From positions 575,068-639,067 of the forward strand of contig CAWBSM010000003.1 of the NCBI GenBank assembly GCA_963791455.1: a stretch of 64,000 bases of DNA. The letters run 5' to 3'. This DNA is from an uncultured Acidimicrobiaceae bacterium (lineage in GTDB: Bacteria; Actinomycetota; Acidimicrobiia; Acidimicrobiales; RAAP-2). The notes below the pieces were generated by a model that made no database searches, had not been told where the DNA came from, and saw nothing but the letters and a program-made list of their open reading frames with translations. The position numbers were made by a program, and so were the translations under genes. Every line of letters begins with the position of its first letter. The stretch's first letter is position 1. This document shows, one piece after another, positions 43,600 through 52,267 of this stretch.

Positions 43600-46427
43600 G
43601 ATGCCACCAACCGTTGGTGGGTGGCGCCCAGGTAGGCCGTCGACACCTCCTCGTTGGTCCGGATCTCGTCGGGCGTTCCGGTTGCGATGAGCGCGCCGAA
43701 GTCGAGCACGTCGATGGTGTCGCACAGGTTCAACACCAGGCTCATGTCGTGGTCGACCAGCAGGATGGTCACCCCGGTGTCGCGCACGGCGCGCAGGCGG
43801 TCCGCCAGCCAGAGGCTCTCGGTGCTGTCGAGCCCGGCCGCCGGCTCGTCGAGGAGCAGGAGGCGGGGCTCACCCGCCAGGGCGCGGGCCACCGACACCA
43901 GTTGGCGCTGGCCCTGCGAGAGCATCGACACCTGCAGGTCGCGCATCTCGACCAGGCCCAGCTCGTCGAGGATCCGCGTCAGTGCGTCGGGGTCGTGAGC
44001 CGTCGCCCGGTGCTGACCGACCTGGACGTTCTCCTCGACGGTCAGGTCGTCGGCCACCCCGGCGAGCTGGAAGGTGCGGGCGAGGCCCAGGCCGGCGCGG
44101 CGGTGAGGGGGGAATCCAGCCACGTCCTGCTCCGACAGCGCGACGGTGCCCTCGTAGCCGTGGAACCCGCACAGCGCATCGATCGTGGTGGTCTTGCCCG
44201 CACCGTTGGGACCGATCAGACCGACGATCTGTCCCTCCTCGACGCGGAATGTGACGTCGTCCACCGCGACCACGCCGCCGTAGCGGACGGTGAGCTTCGA
44301 GACCTCGAGCAGGGGACCGGACCCGTCCGGCCTCGTGTGGCCGTTGGTCCCGACGCCCGCTCCGGTGCCGACCAGCTCGCCCGGCTCGGCGGCGACCGGC
44401 GCCAGCGGCCGCGTGGACCCGTGGGTCCCCGACCCGGCCGCCGCCCGCAACGACGGCACCAGGGCCCCTTCGGGCCGGGCCATGACACCGCGCACCCGCC
44501 GCTGTTCCAAGAAGAGGTGGGTCGGCCCGACGATGCCGTCGGGGTTGAAGATCACGGTCAGGATCACGCCGATGCCGGCCACGACGCCGTACCAGTTGTC
44601 GACGCTTCCGCTGCCGACGCCCGACGAGATCAACGCCACCAGGATGCCCCCGGCGGAGATGATCCCGGCCAGGATGCCGCCACTCACCGACGTGATGCCG
44701 GCCACGACCACGATAGAGAACGCCACCAGACCCAGGTACGCGTCGAAGTCCTGGAAGGTCACGTTCCCCAGCTGGTACGCCAGCAAGGACCCCCCCAACC
44801 CCGCGATGAAGGCGGAGATGGCGAAGGCAACGAGCTTGATCTTGACCACGTTGATCCCCGCCGCCGCCGCCGACCGTTCGTCCGACCGCACCGCCAGCAT
44901 CGCCGTGCCCAGTCGGCTGGTGCGCAGCCAGCTCACGCCGAACGCCACCAGGACCAGGACGACGAGACACAGGATGCCGAAGGCCGGACGAGGGAAGTCC
45001 TTGCCCGACCCGATGCCGAGGTCCATGCCGAACAGCCGAGGCGTCGGGATGGCCAGGCCGCCCGCCCCGCCGTCGATCGAGTTGTTGTTGAACCAGATGG
45101 CCTCTACCCCGGCTGCGAAGGTGAGGGTGACCACCCCCAGCATGAGGCCGCGCACCCGCAAGGCGGGAATCCCGATCACCACGCCGGCCGCCGCCGCCAC
45201 CAGCGCGGCCAGGATCGGTGCGATGGGGAAGGGGATGCCCCACGAATTGGCGAAGGTGCTCAGGATGTAGGCGGAGACACCCGCGAAGGTGAGCTGCGCC
45301 AGCGAGATCTGCCCCGTGTACCCCGTCACCACCACCAGCGACAACGAGATCACGCCGAGGATGAAGCTCGAGTACAACGCAGCCCGGTCGTTGCCGGTGA
45401 AGAGGTAGATGGCAGCGAGGCCGGCTGCGGTGCCGATCACCGTCGTCGCCAGGCGCCAGTGCGGACGGGGCGCCCGGCCCAACGTGACCTGGAGGAGGGT
45501 GCCCCGGCTCGGCATGGTCTGGCCGCGGACGGCCAGCACGACCAGCACCAACACCAACGGGATGAGCTCACCGGCGCCGGCGGGGAACCCCGGATGGACG
45601 CCGTTGAGGTACACCGAGAGCGACTCGAGCGCGCCGATCCCCAACCCCGCCGTGATGGCCCACCCGAGTGAATGGAAGCGTCCGACCACCGCCGCGGCGA
45701 GCGCCGGCACGATGAACAACGTGTAGGTGCCGGGGACCAACGGGACCAGGGGGGCGATCAGGATCCCCGCCACGCCGCACACCACGAAGCTGATGATCCA
45801 GTTGACCAGCGCGATGCGATCGGGCGAGAGCCCGCTCACCAGCGCGCCCACCTCGGTCTCGGCCGAGGCGCGGGTGGCCAGGCCGAAGCGGGTGAAGCGG
45901 AAGAGGATGGTCAGCACGATCCCGAGACCGATGATGGTGGCCGCCAGCCACAGCCGGTCGACCGAGATGTCGACGCCGAGGAAGCTCAGGTGGCTCTGAG
46001 GGAAGATCGGGTTCACCAAGATCTCCGAAGTGGTCCCCACCTGGTAGCTCACGATTGCGGTCAGCAGTCCCATGAGCCCTATGGACGCCACCGCCTTGGC
46101 CACGGGCCGGTGGTTGCGCAGCGGGCGGAAGATCAGCAGGTAGGCCGCCGCGCCCAGCACCGCCTGGATGCCCAGCGTGATCAGCAGCGCCGGCCAGAAC
46201 GAGAGGTTGGTCCCGATGCCGATGGTCGGGGTCAGCCCCGGGATGGGTTGGAGCAGCTGGCCGTTGCGCAGCAGCGAGTAGGTGTAGGCGGCGTAGAGCG
46301 CCTGGGCGCCGGTGGCGAAATTGAGGACGCCCGAGGAGCGGTAGGTGACGACCAGCGCCATGGCCAGGGCGGCGAAGACGCCGCCGTTCCCGAGGCCGAG
46401 GAGGAGGAACTCGACGTACGTGCTCAC
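43596..46427 (-). CDS. triple fusion: LivH-like permease + LivM-like permease + LivG-like ATPase in one 943-aa polypeptide
   Basis: Residues 1 to ~300 are LivH-like (MSTYVEFLLLGLGNGGVFAALAMALVVTY...). Residues ~310 to 640 are LivM-like (GYTGQISLAQLTFAGVSAY...). A Gly/Ala/Pro linker follows, then the ATPase ([30 protein letters not shown]). Confidence 0.9.
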   Translation of the reverse strand: MSTYVEFLLLGLGNGGVFAALAMALVVTYRSSGVLNFATGAQALYAAYTYSLLRNGQLLQPIPGLTPTIGIGTNLSFWPALLITLGIQAVLGAAAYLLIFRPLRNHRPVAKAVASIGLMGLLTAIVSYQVGTTSEILVNPIFPQSHLSFLGVDISVDRLWLAATIIGLGIVLTILFRFTRFGLATRASAETEVGALVSGLSPDRIALVNWIISFVVCGVAGILIAPLVPLVPGTYTLFIVPALAAAVVGRFHSLGWAITAGLGIGALESLSVYLNGVHPGFPAGAGELIPLVLVLVVLAVRGQTMPSRGTLLQVTLGRAPRPHWRLATTVIGTAAGLAAIYLFTGNDRAALYSSFILGVISLSLVVVTGYTGQISLAQLTFAGVSAYILSTFANSWGIPFPIAPILAALVAAAAGVVIGIPALRVRGLMLGVVTLTFAAGVEAIWFNNNSIDGGAGGLAIPTPRLFGMDLGIGSGKDFPRPAFGILCLVVLVLVAFGVSWLRTSRLGTAMLAVRSDERSAAAAGINVVKIKLVAFAISAFIAGLGGSLLAYQLGNVTFQDFDAYLGLVAFSIVVVAGITSVSGGILAGIISAGGILVALISSGVGSGSVDNWYGVVAGIGVILTVIFNPDGIVGPTHLFLEQRRVRGVMARPEGALVPSLRAAAGSGTHGSTRPLAPVAAEPGELVGTGAGVGTNGHTRPDGSGPLLEVSKLTVRYGGVVAVDDVTFRVEEGQIVGLIGPNGAGKTTTIDALCGFHGYEGTVALSEQDVAGFPPHRRAGLGLARTFQLAGVADDLTVEENVQVGQHRATAHDPDALTRILDELGLVEMRDLQVSMLSQGQRQLVSVARALAGEPRLLLLDEPAAGLDSTESLWLADRLRAVRDTGVTILLVDHDMSLVLNLCDTIDVLDFGALIATGTPDEIRTNEEVSTAYLGATHQRLVAS

Positions 46428-46495
46428 CGCACGGATCCCCTGGCCCTCAGGCCGGGACGCCCGTCAGGCACCTCCCCCCGGGAGAAGATCACGGA

Positions 46496-46507
46496 TTTAG
46501 GATACTC
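46496..46507. promoter_or_regulatory. AT-rich box (minus-strand AGAGTATCCTAA), instance e, within cGGATttaGGATActctaaTATCCg
   Basis: It lies in the divergent region between the liv fusion gene start (46427, -) and the metallophosphoesterase start (46600, +). It contains the GGATA-N6-TATCC inverted repeat. Confidence 0.45.
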
Positions 46508-46599
46508 TAATATCCGGCGCGACGCATGTGCTCCCCGTGACGGATGGGCAGTCCCTCCGGTTCCCCGACCGGCCCAGTGGGCCTGGTTAGCCTGACCGC

Positions 46600-47442
46600 G
46601 TGGCCGGCCCGACAGTGGTGGTGGTGGTCTCGGACAGCCACCTCTCGGGGCGGGCGCCCGAGGCGGAGCGCAACTGGTCGGCGGTGGTCGACCACGTCCG
46701 ACGCAGCAGGCCCGAACTGGTCGTCCACGTCGGCGACCTCTCCATGGACGGCGCCCACGACGACAGCGACCTCGTCTACGCGCGGGCCCAACTCGAGCGG
46801 CTCGCACCGACGCCCTGGGTGGCGGTGCCCGGCAATCACGACATCGGGGACCAGCCGATACCGGGCACGGATCCCACCGACGTCGTGACCGAGGAGAACA
46901 TGGAGCGCTGGACCCGGTCGGTGGGCCCCCACTGGTGGGTGACAGACGTCGGCGACTGGCGGTTCGTCGGCGTCAATGCTCAGGTGTTCGGGTCCGGCCT
47001 GCCGGCGGAGGACGAGCAGTGGGCCTGGCTCGAGGACCTCGTCGACGCGACGGCAACTCGTGCGCGCCCGCTGGCGCTGGTCTCGCACAAGCCGCTGCAG
47101 GCGAGCCACGACGAGCTGGCGACGGCGCCCCTCAGCCGGTTCGTCCCGGCGCCGGCGCGTGACCGCCTGCGTGGTCTTCTCGACGACGTCCCGGTCAATC
47201 CGTTGGTCGTGAGCGGCCACGTGCACCAGTTCCGCTCGTTGGAGTTCGACGGCAGGTCACACGTGTGGGCGCCGACCACGTGGGCGATCCTTCCCGACTC
47301 GTGGCAGAGGACGATCGGGACCAAGCGCTGCGGGGTGGTGCACTTCGAACTGTCCGACACGGTTACGCATCGCTTGGTGGAGCCCGACGGCCTGCGCCAG
47401 CTCGTCATCGGCGAGGACACGCCGCTGTACTACCCGCACTGA
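46600..47442 (+). CDS. metallophosphoesterase
   Basis: Has VVVVSDSHLS, HVGDLSMDG, VPGNHD and SGHVH (calcineurin-like motifs). GTG start with TAGCCT 6 nt upstream and no SD. Confidence 0.88.
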   Translation: MAGPTVVVVVSDSHLSGRAPEAERNWSAVVDHVRRSRPELVVHVGDLSMDGAHDDSDLVYARAQLERLAPTPWVAVPGNHDIGDQPIPGTDPTDVVTEENMERWTRSVGPHWWVTDVGDWRFVGVNAQVFGSGLPAEDEQWAWLEDLVDATATRARPLALVSHKPLQASHDELATAPLSRFVPAPARDRLRGLLDDVPVNPLVVSGHVHQFRSLEFDGRSHVWAPTTWAILPDSWQRTIGTKRCGVVHFELSDTVTHRLVEPDGLRQLVIGEDTPLYYPH

Positions 47443-47450
47443 GGCGCCAC

Positions 47451-47487
47451 CAGGGCACCGGGCCACAGGGCACCAGGGCACCAGGGT
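47451..47487. repeat. short tandem repeat of the 8-mer CAGGGCAC
   Basis: Copies are at 47451..47458, 47466..47473 and 47474..47481, with a partial copy at 47482..47487. They sit in the 45-bp gap between convergent genes. Confidence 0.6.
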
Positions 47488-48999
47488 CTACGTCGGCCCA
47501 CCCGCCTCCGCCAACTCGTCCCGTAGCACCCGGCGCAACAGCTTCCCCGTCGGTGAGTAGGGCAGTTCGCCCCGGAACTCCACCACCACCGGCGTCTTGG
47601 TCGAGCGCAGGCGCCCGCGGACCCAGTCCTGCACGTCGCCCTCGGTCATCTCCGGCGCGCCGGGGCGCGGCACCACCACGGCCGCCACCGCCTCGCCCCA
47701 CTCGGCGTCGGGGATGCCGATCACGGCGGCGTCGGCCACGGCCGGGTGTGCCAGGAGCACCTCTTCGATCTCGCCGGGCGAGATGTTCTCCGCTCCCCGG
47801 ACGATCACGTCGTCCAACCGCCCCTCGACGTACAAGAACCCGTCCGCGTCGAACCACCCGGCGTCCCGGGTGCGGAACCACCCCTCCGCGTCGAGGACGC
47901 TGCGCCCGACGTACTCGCCGGCCACCTGCTCGCCGCGCACCCAGATCTCGCCCTTCTCTCCCGCCGGGAGGACCGCCTCGTGCGGAGGCGGGCCCCGCAC
48001 CTCCACCTCGAGGGAGGGCAACGGACGTCCGACCGACCCCAGGCGCGCCCGCACCGTGGGGTCAGCGCTCGCGAAGGCCTCCCGGTGGTCGTCCGGCGTC
48101 AGCATGGCGATCGTCGACGAGGTCTCGGTCAGCCCGTAGGCGTTCACGAGGTCGACGTGGGGCATGTCCTGCAACGTCCGCTCGACCAGCTCCAAGGGCA
48201 TGCGCCCGCCGCCGTAGGAGAGGTGGCGCAGCGCCGGCGGCTCCACCCCGGACTCCTCGACCGCCGCCAAGATACGCCCGAGCATGGTCGGCACCACCAT
48301 CGCATGGGTGATCCGCTCCGACGACGCCAGCTGCACCCACGCCGAGGCGTCGAAGGCCGGCAGGTACATGATGCGACGGCCCGCGTACAAGGAGGACAAC
48401 ACCGCCGCGATCCCCGCGATGTGGTACGGCGGCACGCAGATCAGCTGCGCCTCGTCAGCGGAGCAACCCAAGAACTCGACGCTCGAGATGATGTACGAGA
48501 CAAGATGACGGTGTCGCAGCACCGCGGCCTTCGGCTCCGACGTCGTCCCGCTGGTGAACAGCAGGACGCCCACCTCCTCGGGGTCGACGAAGGGGTGTTC
48601 CCCCGTCACGGGCTCGGCGATGGCCGCCGCGAACTCGTCCTTCGTCACGACGCGGTCAGCCCCGCAGGCCCGCAGCCGCTCCACCTCGTCGTCGTCGGCG
48701 ATCATCACGCCCCCGGAGACGCGGCCGAGGATCCCGTGCAGCTGCTCGTCGGGGGCCCGGTAGTTGATCGGGGAGAACGGCACGCCCGCCAGCGCCGCGC
48801 CGAACAAGGCGACGGGCAACGCGTCGGAGTTGAGTCCGAAGTAGCCGACGACGTCGGCTCCGGACTTCTCGAAGTAGACGGCGGCTCGCCTCGCCCGCTC
48901 CAGGAGCCCGGCCGCGCTGAGGCCACCGTCGTGCGGACCGAGGACGATACGGTCCGGGTCGCCCTCGGCCGCCATCTCGAGCAGCATGGCGATGTTCAC
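47488..48999 (-). CDS. acyl-CoA synthetase (AMP-binding, FadD-like)
   Basis: Has LLFTSGTTSEPKAA, TRDAGWFDADGFLYVEGR and PTGKLLRR. Confidence 0.93.
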   Translation of the reverse strand: MNIAMLLEMAAEGDPDRIVLGPHDGGLSAAGLLERARRAAVYFEKSGADVVGYFGLNSDALPVALFGAALAGVPFSPINYRAPDEQLHGILGRVSGGVMIADDDEVERLRACGADRVVTKDEFAAAIAEPVTGEHPFVDPEEVGVLLFTSGTTSEPKAAVLRHRHLVSYIISSVEFLGCSADEAQLICVPPYHIAGIAAVLSSLYAGRRIMYLPAFDASAWVQLASSERITHAMVVPTMLGRILAAVEESGVEPPALRHLSYGGGRMPLELVERTLQDMPHVDLVNAYGLTETSSTIAMLTPDDHREAFASADPTVRARLGSVGRPLPSLEVEVRGPPPHEAVLPAGEKGEIWVRGEQVAGEYVGRSVLDAEGWFRTRDAGWFDADGFLYVEGRLDDVIVRGAENISPGEIEEVLLAHPAVADAAVIGIPDAEWGEAVAAVVVPRPGAPEMTEGDVQDWVRGRLRSTKTPVVVEFRGELPYSPTGKLLRRVLRDELAEAGGPT

Positions 49000-49015
49000 G
49001 GCACTGCCCGCGCGT

Positions 49016-49321
49016 TCAGTCCGAGGCGGGCAGCGGCTTGGCGCCCTTTACCTCGAGCGGCGCGTCGCCCACCGAGAGCGAGCCCTCACCCGCCTTGGTG
49101 CACAGGACCTCGAGGCCCAGCTCCTCGTCGGCGTAGCGCTTGCCGAGCTGCGTGCCCTGGTCGAACCCCGCCTCGATGCTCTCCGACGGCCCCTCGGCAT
49201 CCATCGCCAGCAGGGCGTGCCCCCCGCAGCGCACGTCGACCGGCTCGGCCGGCGCCTTCACCACTACGACCTCGCAGGCGTCGGTCGCGCTCCGCAGCCT
49301 CATCCCTGCCTTCAGTTGCAT
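49016..49321 (-). CDS. small conserved hypothetical protein co-transcribed with fadD-like gene
   Basis: 101-aa ORF, MQLKAGMRLRSATDACEVVVVKAPAEPVDVRCGGHALL..., 16 nt upstream of the synthetase gene. aaggaagga SD. Confidence 0.7.
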   Translation of the reverse strand: MQLKAGMRLRSATDACEVVVVKAPAEPVDVRCGGHALLAMDAEGPSESIEAGFDQGTQLGKRYADEELGLEVLCTKAGEGSLSVGDAPLEVKGAKPLPASD

Positions 49322-49370
49322 CCCACCGCACGTCCTTCCTTGCTCTCGGGCGTTCGTCCCGAAGAGGAAT

Positions 49371-49382
49371 TCAGGATCCTAT
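49371..49382. promoter_or_regulatory. AT-rich box (minus-strand ATAGGATCCTGA), instance f
   Basis: The sequence gaattcAGGATCCTattc lies 50 nt upstream of the 49321 start. TAGGAT on the minus strand is a TANNNT hexamer. Confidence 0.45.
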
Positions 49383-49630
49383 TCGGCCGCCCCGTTCCGC
49401 CCTCGCCACGCAGGCGGACCTCCATTTCTACCGCCTGGCCCCGGACCACCGCTACATAGGACCGAGATCAGCGCTCAAGGCGGGCCGGGTCGGGCCGATA
49501 GCAATTCCGTAGGGGAGGCAGCGAGGCGTACAGGATCGCTGGCCACGGGGAGGCCTGAGGCGGAGGCGCCCGGTGGACAGATCTCGACCGCGCCCGCTGC
49601 GCCCCTCGACCGCGGTGACGTGGGACGGCG

Positions 49631-50668
49631 CTACGACGCGGCCGTGACTCGGCGAGCCACGTCACCCCAGCGCTCGAGGGCGCCGGGGTCTCGCACGACG
49701 TCGGACCCGGTGAAGTAGCTGACGACCCGGGTGGCGATCCCGTCGTACTTGTCCACGATCGCCTCGTCGATGTCGTTCCAGCTTCCCTCGGTGATGAAGT
49801 GCTTGAGGATGTCGTCGTCGACGATCGCCGCCATGCCCGGGACGTCGCCGGCGCGCTGGCGCTCCCGGATCCGCTCGGTCGTTCCCTCCCGGTCGAGCTG
49901 CTCGAAGATGAAGGCGTAGTTGGGCGTCGACCCGTAGAACGCCACCTGCATCCGCGCCATCTCGCGCCAGCTCCGGCGTTCCGCCTCGGTGTCACCGACG
50001 ACCAGGAAGGCGGGGACGATGATCTCGAGATCCTCCACCGTGCGGCCGGATCGGGCCGTGCCCTGCTCGAGGTAGGGCAGCACGGTCTCGCCCAGGTACG
50101 TCGGCGTGTTCAGCGGATGGATGTGCACGCCGTCGCCCACCTCCGCCGCCATGCGGAGCATCCAGGGATTGACCGCCGCGATGTCGACGGGTGGATCGGG
50201 GCAGTCGATGGCGCCCGGTGACCACAGGGGCGGCAACAGCGAGAGGTTGTAGTACTCGCCTTCCACCGCCAACGGGGCGCCGTGGCGGAAGGACTGGAAG
50301 ATCGTCTTCAGAGCGACGACGTACTCGCGCAGCCGCGGCCCCGGGTGGTCGAACTCCGAGCCGTAGCGGCGCTCGACGTGGGCCCGCACCTGCGCGCCGA
50401 GACCGAGGCGGAACCGGCCACCGCTCGCCTCGGCCAGCTCCCACGCCGTGGCCGCCGTCACCATGGGGCTGCGCGGGAAGGCCACGGCGACGCCCGTGAG
50501 GACGTCGATGTCGGCCGCTACCACCAGCGCGCCGCAGGTGAGGTAGGCCGTGCGGCCCGCCTCGGTGACCACCAGTCCGGAGAGACCCGCGTCGGCGGCA
50601 CGGCGTCCGAGATCGGCCGCCCGGCGCAAAGGCTGCGCCGGCAGCATGGCGTCGAACTTCAGCGACAT
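49631..50668 (-). CDS. LLM-class, probably F420-dependent oxidoreductase
   Basis: MSLKFDAMLPAQPLRRAADLGRRAADAGLSGLVVTEAGRTAYLTCGALV...LGLGAQVRAHVERRYG. It is a paralog of 25529..26539. Confidence 0.9.
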   Translation of the reverse strand: MSLKFDAMLPAQPLRRAADLGRRAADAGLSGLVVTEAGRTAYLTCGALVVAADIDVLTGVAVAFPRSPMVTAATAWELAEASGGRFRLGLGAQVRAHVERRYGSEFDHPGPRLREYVVALKTIFQSFRHGAPLAVEGEYYNLSLLPPLWSPGAIDCPDPPVDIAAVNPWMLRMAAEVGDGVHIHPLNTPTYLGETVLPYLEQGTARSGRTVEDLEIIVPAFLVVGDTEAERRSWREMARMQVAFYGSTPNYAFIFEQLDREGTTERIRERQRAGDVPGMAAIVDDDILKHFITEGSWNDIDEAIVDKYDGIATRVVSYFTGSDVVRDPGALERWGDVARRVTAAS

Positions 50669-50669
50669 G

Positions 50670-51443
50670 TCACGCGGCGACGCGTCGCGCCGGCACCCAG
50701 TCGTTCACGCTGGGGAAGTACTCGTCGGTGTGGTCGACCGTCCCTGTAGCGGCGTAGTGGTACACCATGGCGGCGCGGATGCCGTCGGACTCGTTGTCCG
50801 TCGAGCAGTGCATCAAGTGGCTGTCGAAGACCAACAGGTCGCCCGGGTCCATGAGCACCGGCTCGGCGGCTCGCATGTCGTGGTCGACGATCTCGAAGTA
50901 GCCGTAGTTGGCGCCGGGCCGGCGGTCCGGGACGTGGCGATGCACCGGTTCGGCGTGCGACCCCGGGAGGACGTGCAGGCAGCCGTTGCGCAGCGTGGCC
51001 GCCGTGACGGCCAGCCAGACGCCCACGACCGGGCGCGCCGGCTCGAACGGGAAGTACAAGGAGTCCTGGTGCCAGGGCTGGCCCCAGGCGCCGGCCGTCT
51101 TGAAGATGAACTGGGACAAGAACACGTCGATGTCGGGTGCGATGAGCTCGGAGACCGGGTCCACCACCTCCGCCGCCCGCGCGAAGTCAGCGAAGACCGT
51201 GTCGCGGTGCAGTTTGAAGATCTTGGAGACCCCGTCCTCGGGCTGGGCCTGCTCCAGGCCGGCCTTGTTGTTCTCTGGCACCACCTTGACCCCGAGCTCG
51301 GCGGCGAGGTCGGGTTCCCGCACGACGCGGGTGACCCGGGCCAACATGGCCTGGCAGGTCTCGGGCGCGGCGAAGGCGGGGATGCGGAAGAACCCCTTCT
51401 CCGTCCACGACGTGCGTTGCCCGTCGTTCAGCGCGCCGCTCAT
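50670..51443 (-). CDS. phytanoyl-CoA dioxygenase (PhyH) family Fe(II)/2-oxoglutarate oxygenase
   Basis: Has QPWHQDSLYF (HxD), CLHVLPGSH and FDSHLMHCS. ATGA overlap with the upstream paralog. Confidence 0.88.
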   Translation of the reverse strand: MSGALNDGQRTSWTEKGFFRIPAFAAPETCQAMLARVTRVVREPDLAAELGVKVVPENNKAGLEQAQPEDGVSKIFKLHRDTVFADFARAAEVVDPVSELIAPDIDVFLSQFIFKTAGAWGQPWHQDSLYFPFEPARPVVGVWLAVTAATLRNGCLHVLPGSHAEPVHRHVPDRRPGANYGYFEIVDHDMRAAEPVLMDPGDLLVFDSHLMHCSTDNESDGIRAAMVYHYAATGTVDHTDEYFPSVNDWVPARRVAA

Positions 51444-52267
51444 CCGATCGGCTCCGCGGGCGGCGGGGGCAGGTCGCCCCCGGGACGCGGCCAGGCGATC
51501 GGCGTGACGTCGCTGGCGATCACCGCTCCCATGGCGATCCCCGCCCGCTCGACCGACGGGTGGGGGAAGCGCCCCTCGCCCCTGGTGGACCCGTCGGCGA
51601 AGTAGATCGCGGTGTGCACCCGACGGACCGTACCGGTCGAGTTCGGCTTCGCCAAGTGGAAGGTGAGGCCGTGGTGGAAGGCGACGGAGCCGGGCGCGAC
51701 CTCGACGAACTGCGGCGCTATCCCGGCCAGCTCCTGTCGGGTCAGCGGGTCCTCGCCGCGGCCGGTGAAGATGTCAACGAACTCGCGCACGCCGGAGCGG
51801 TGGCTGCCCGGCAGGTACCCCATGGCCCCGCTCTCCAGCGTCGAGCCGTCGAAGGGGATCCACGCGGTGATGGTGTCGGTCTCGACGATGGGCCAGTAGG
51901 GCTGGTCCTGGTGCGGGTCGGTCTCGCGTCCGCCCGCTTCTTTGTAGAGCGCCTGGTCGTGCCAGAGGCGGACGGCCTCGACGCCGAGCAAACGTGCCGC
52001 CGTCTCGGCTATCGACGGGTGGAAGGTCAGCGGGCGGACCGCGGGGCAGTCCTCCCAGAGGTTCTGGCACTGGATGAAGCTCTGCTCGTAGCGCGACTTC
52101 GAGCCGAGCGGCCGGGTGTCGTGCCGGCTGCGCCGGGCGACGGCCTCGTCGACCGCCGCGCCGAAGCCCACCAGCTCGTCGGCGCGCAGCAGGTCCGGCA
52201 CCACGACGAAGCCGTCGCGCCGGAAGTCCTCGACGAGCTGCGGCGTGAGCGTGGTGACCGCGTTCAT
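51440..52267 (-). CDS. phytanoyl-CoA dioxygenase (PhyH) family oxygenase (second copy)
   Basis: This is the last 275 codons of track ORF 51440..53074, from ATG 52267. Sequence: MNAVTTLTPQLVEDFRRDGFVVVPDLL...DPHQDQPYW...MGYLPGSH...FHHGLTFH. Confidence 0.88.
   Translation of the reverse strand: MNAVTTLTPQLVEDFRRDGFVVVPDLLRADELVGFGAAVDEAVARRSRHDTRPLGSKSRYEQSFIQCQNLWEDCPAVRPLTFHPSIAETAARLLGVEAVRLWHDQALYKEAGGRETDPHQDQPYWPIVETDTITAWIPFDGSTLESGAMGYLPGSHRSGVREFVDIFTGRGEDPLTRQELAGIAPQFVEVAPGSVAFHHGLTFHLAKPNSTGTVRRVHTAIYFADGSTRGEGRFPHPSVERAGIAMGAVIASDVTPIAWPRPGGDLPPPPAEPIG

Noticed and set aside
43614-45671. 685-aa plus-strand ORF, and several other 300-460-aa ORFs, inside the liv fusion gene
   Set aside because: They are antisense or out-of-frame shadows. 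The minus-strand frame gives coherent TM segments and Walker motifs.
46494-46512. IdeR/DtxR iron box at TTAGGATACTCTAATATCC
   Set aside because: It matches only about 12 of 19 consensus positions (TTAGGTTAGGCTAACCTAA). It fits the recurrent AG(T/G)ATCCT box better.
47265-48311. 348-aa ORF extremely rich in Pro/Arg/Ala
   Set aside because: It is antisense to the fadD-like gene, and its composition is an artefact of GC-rich codons.
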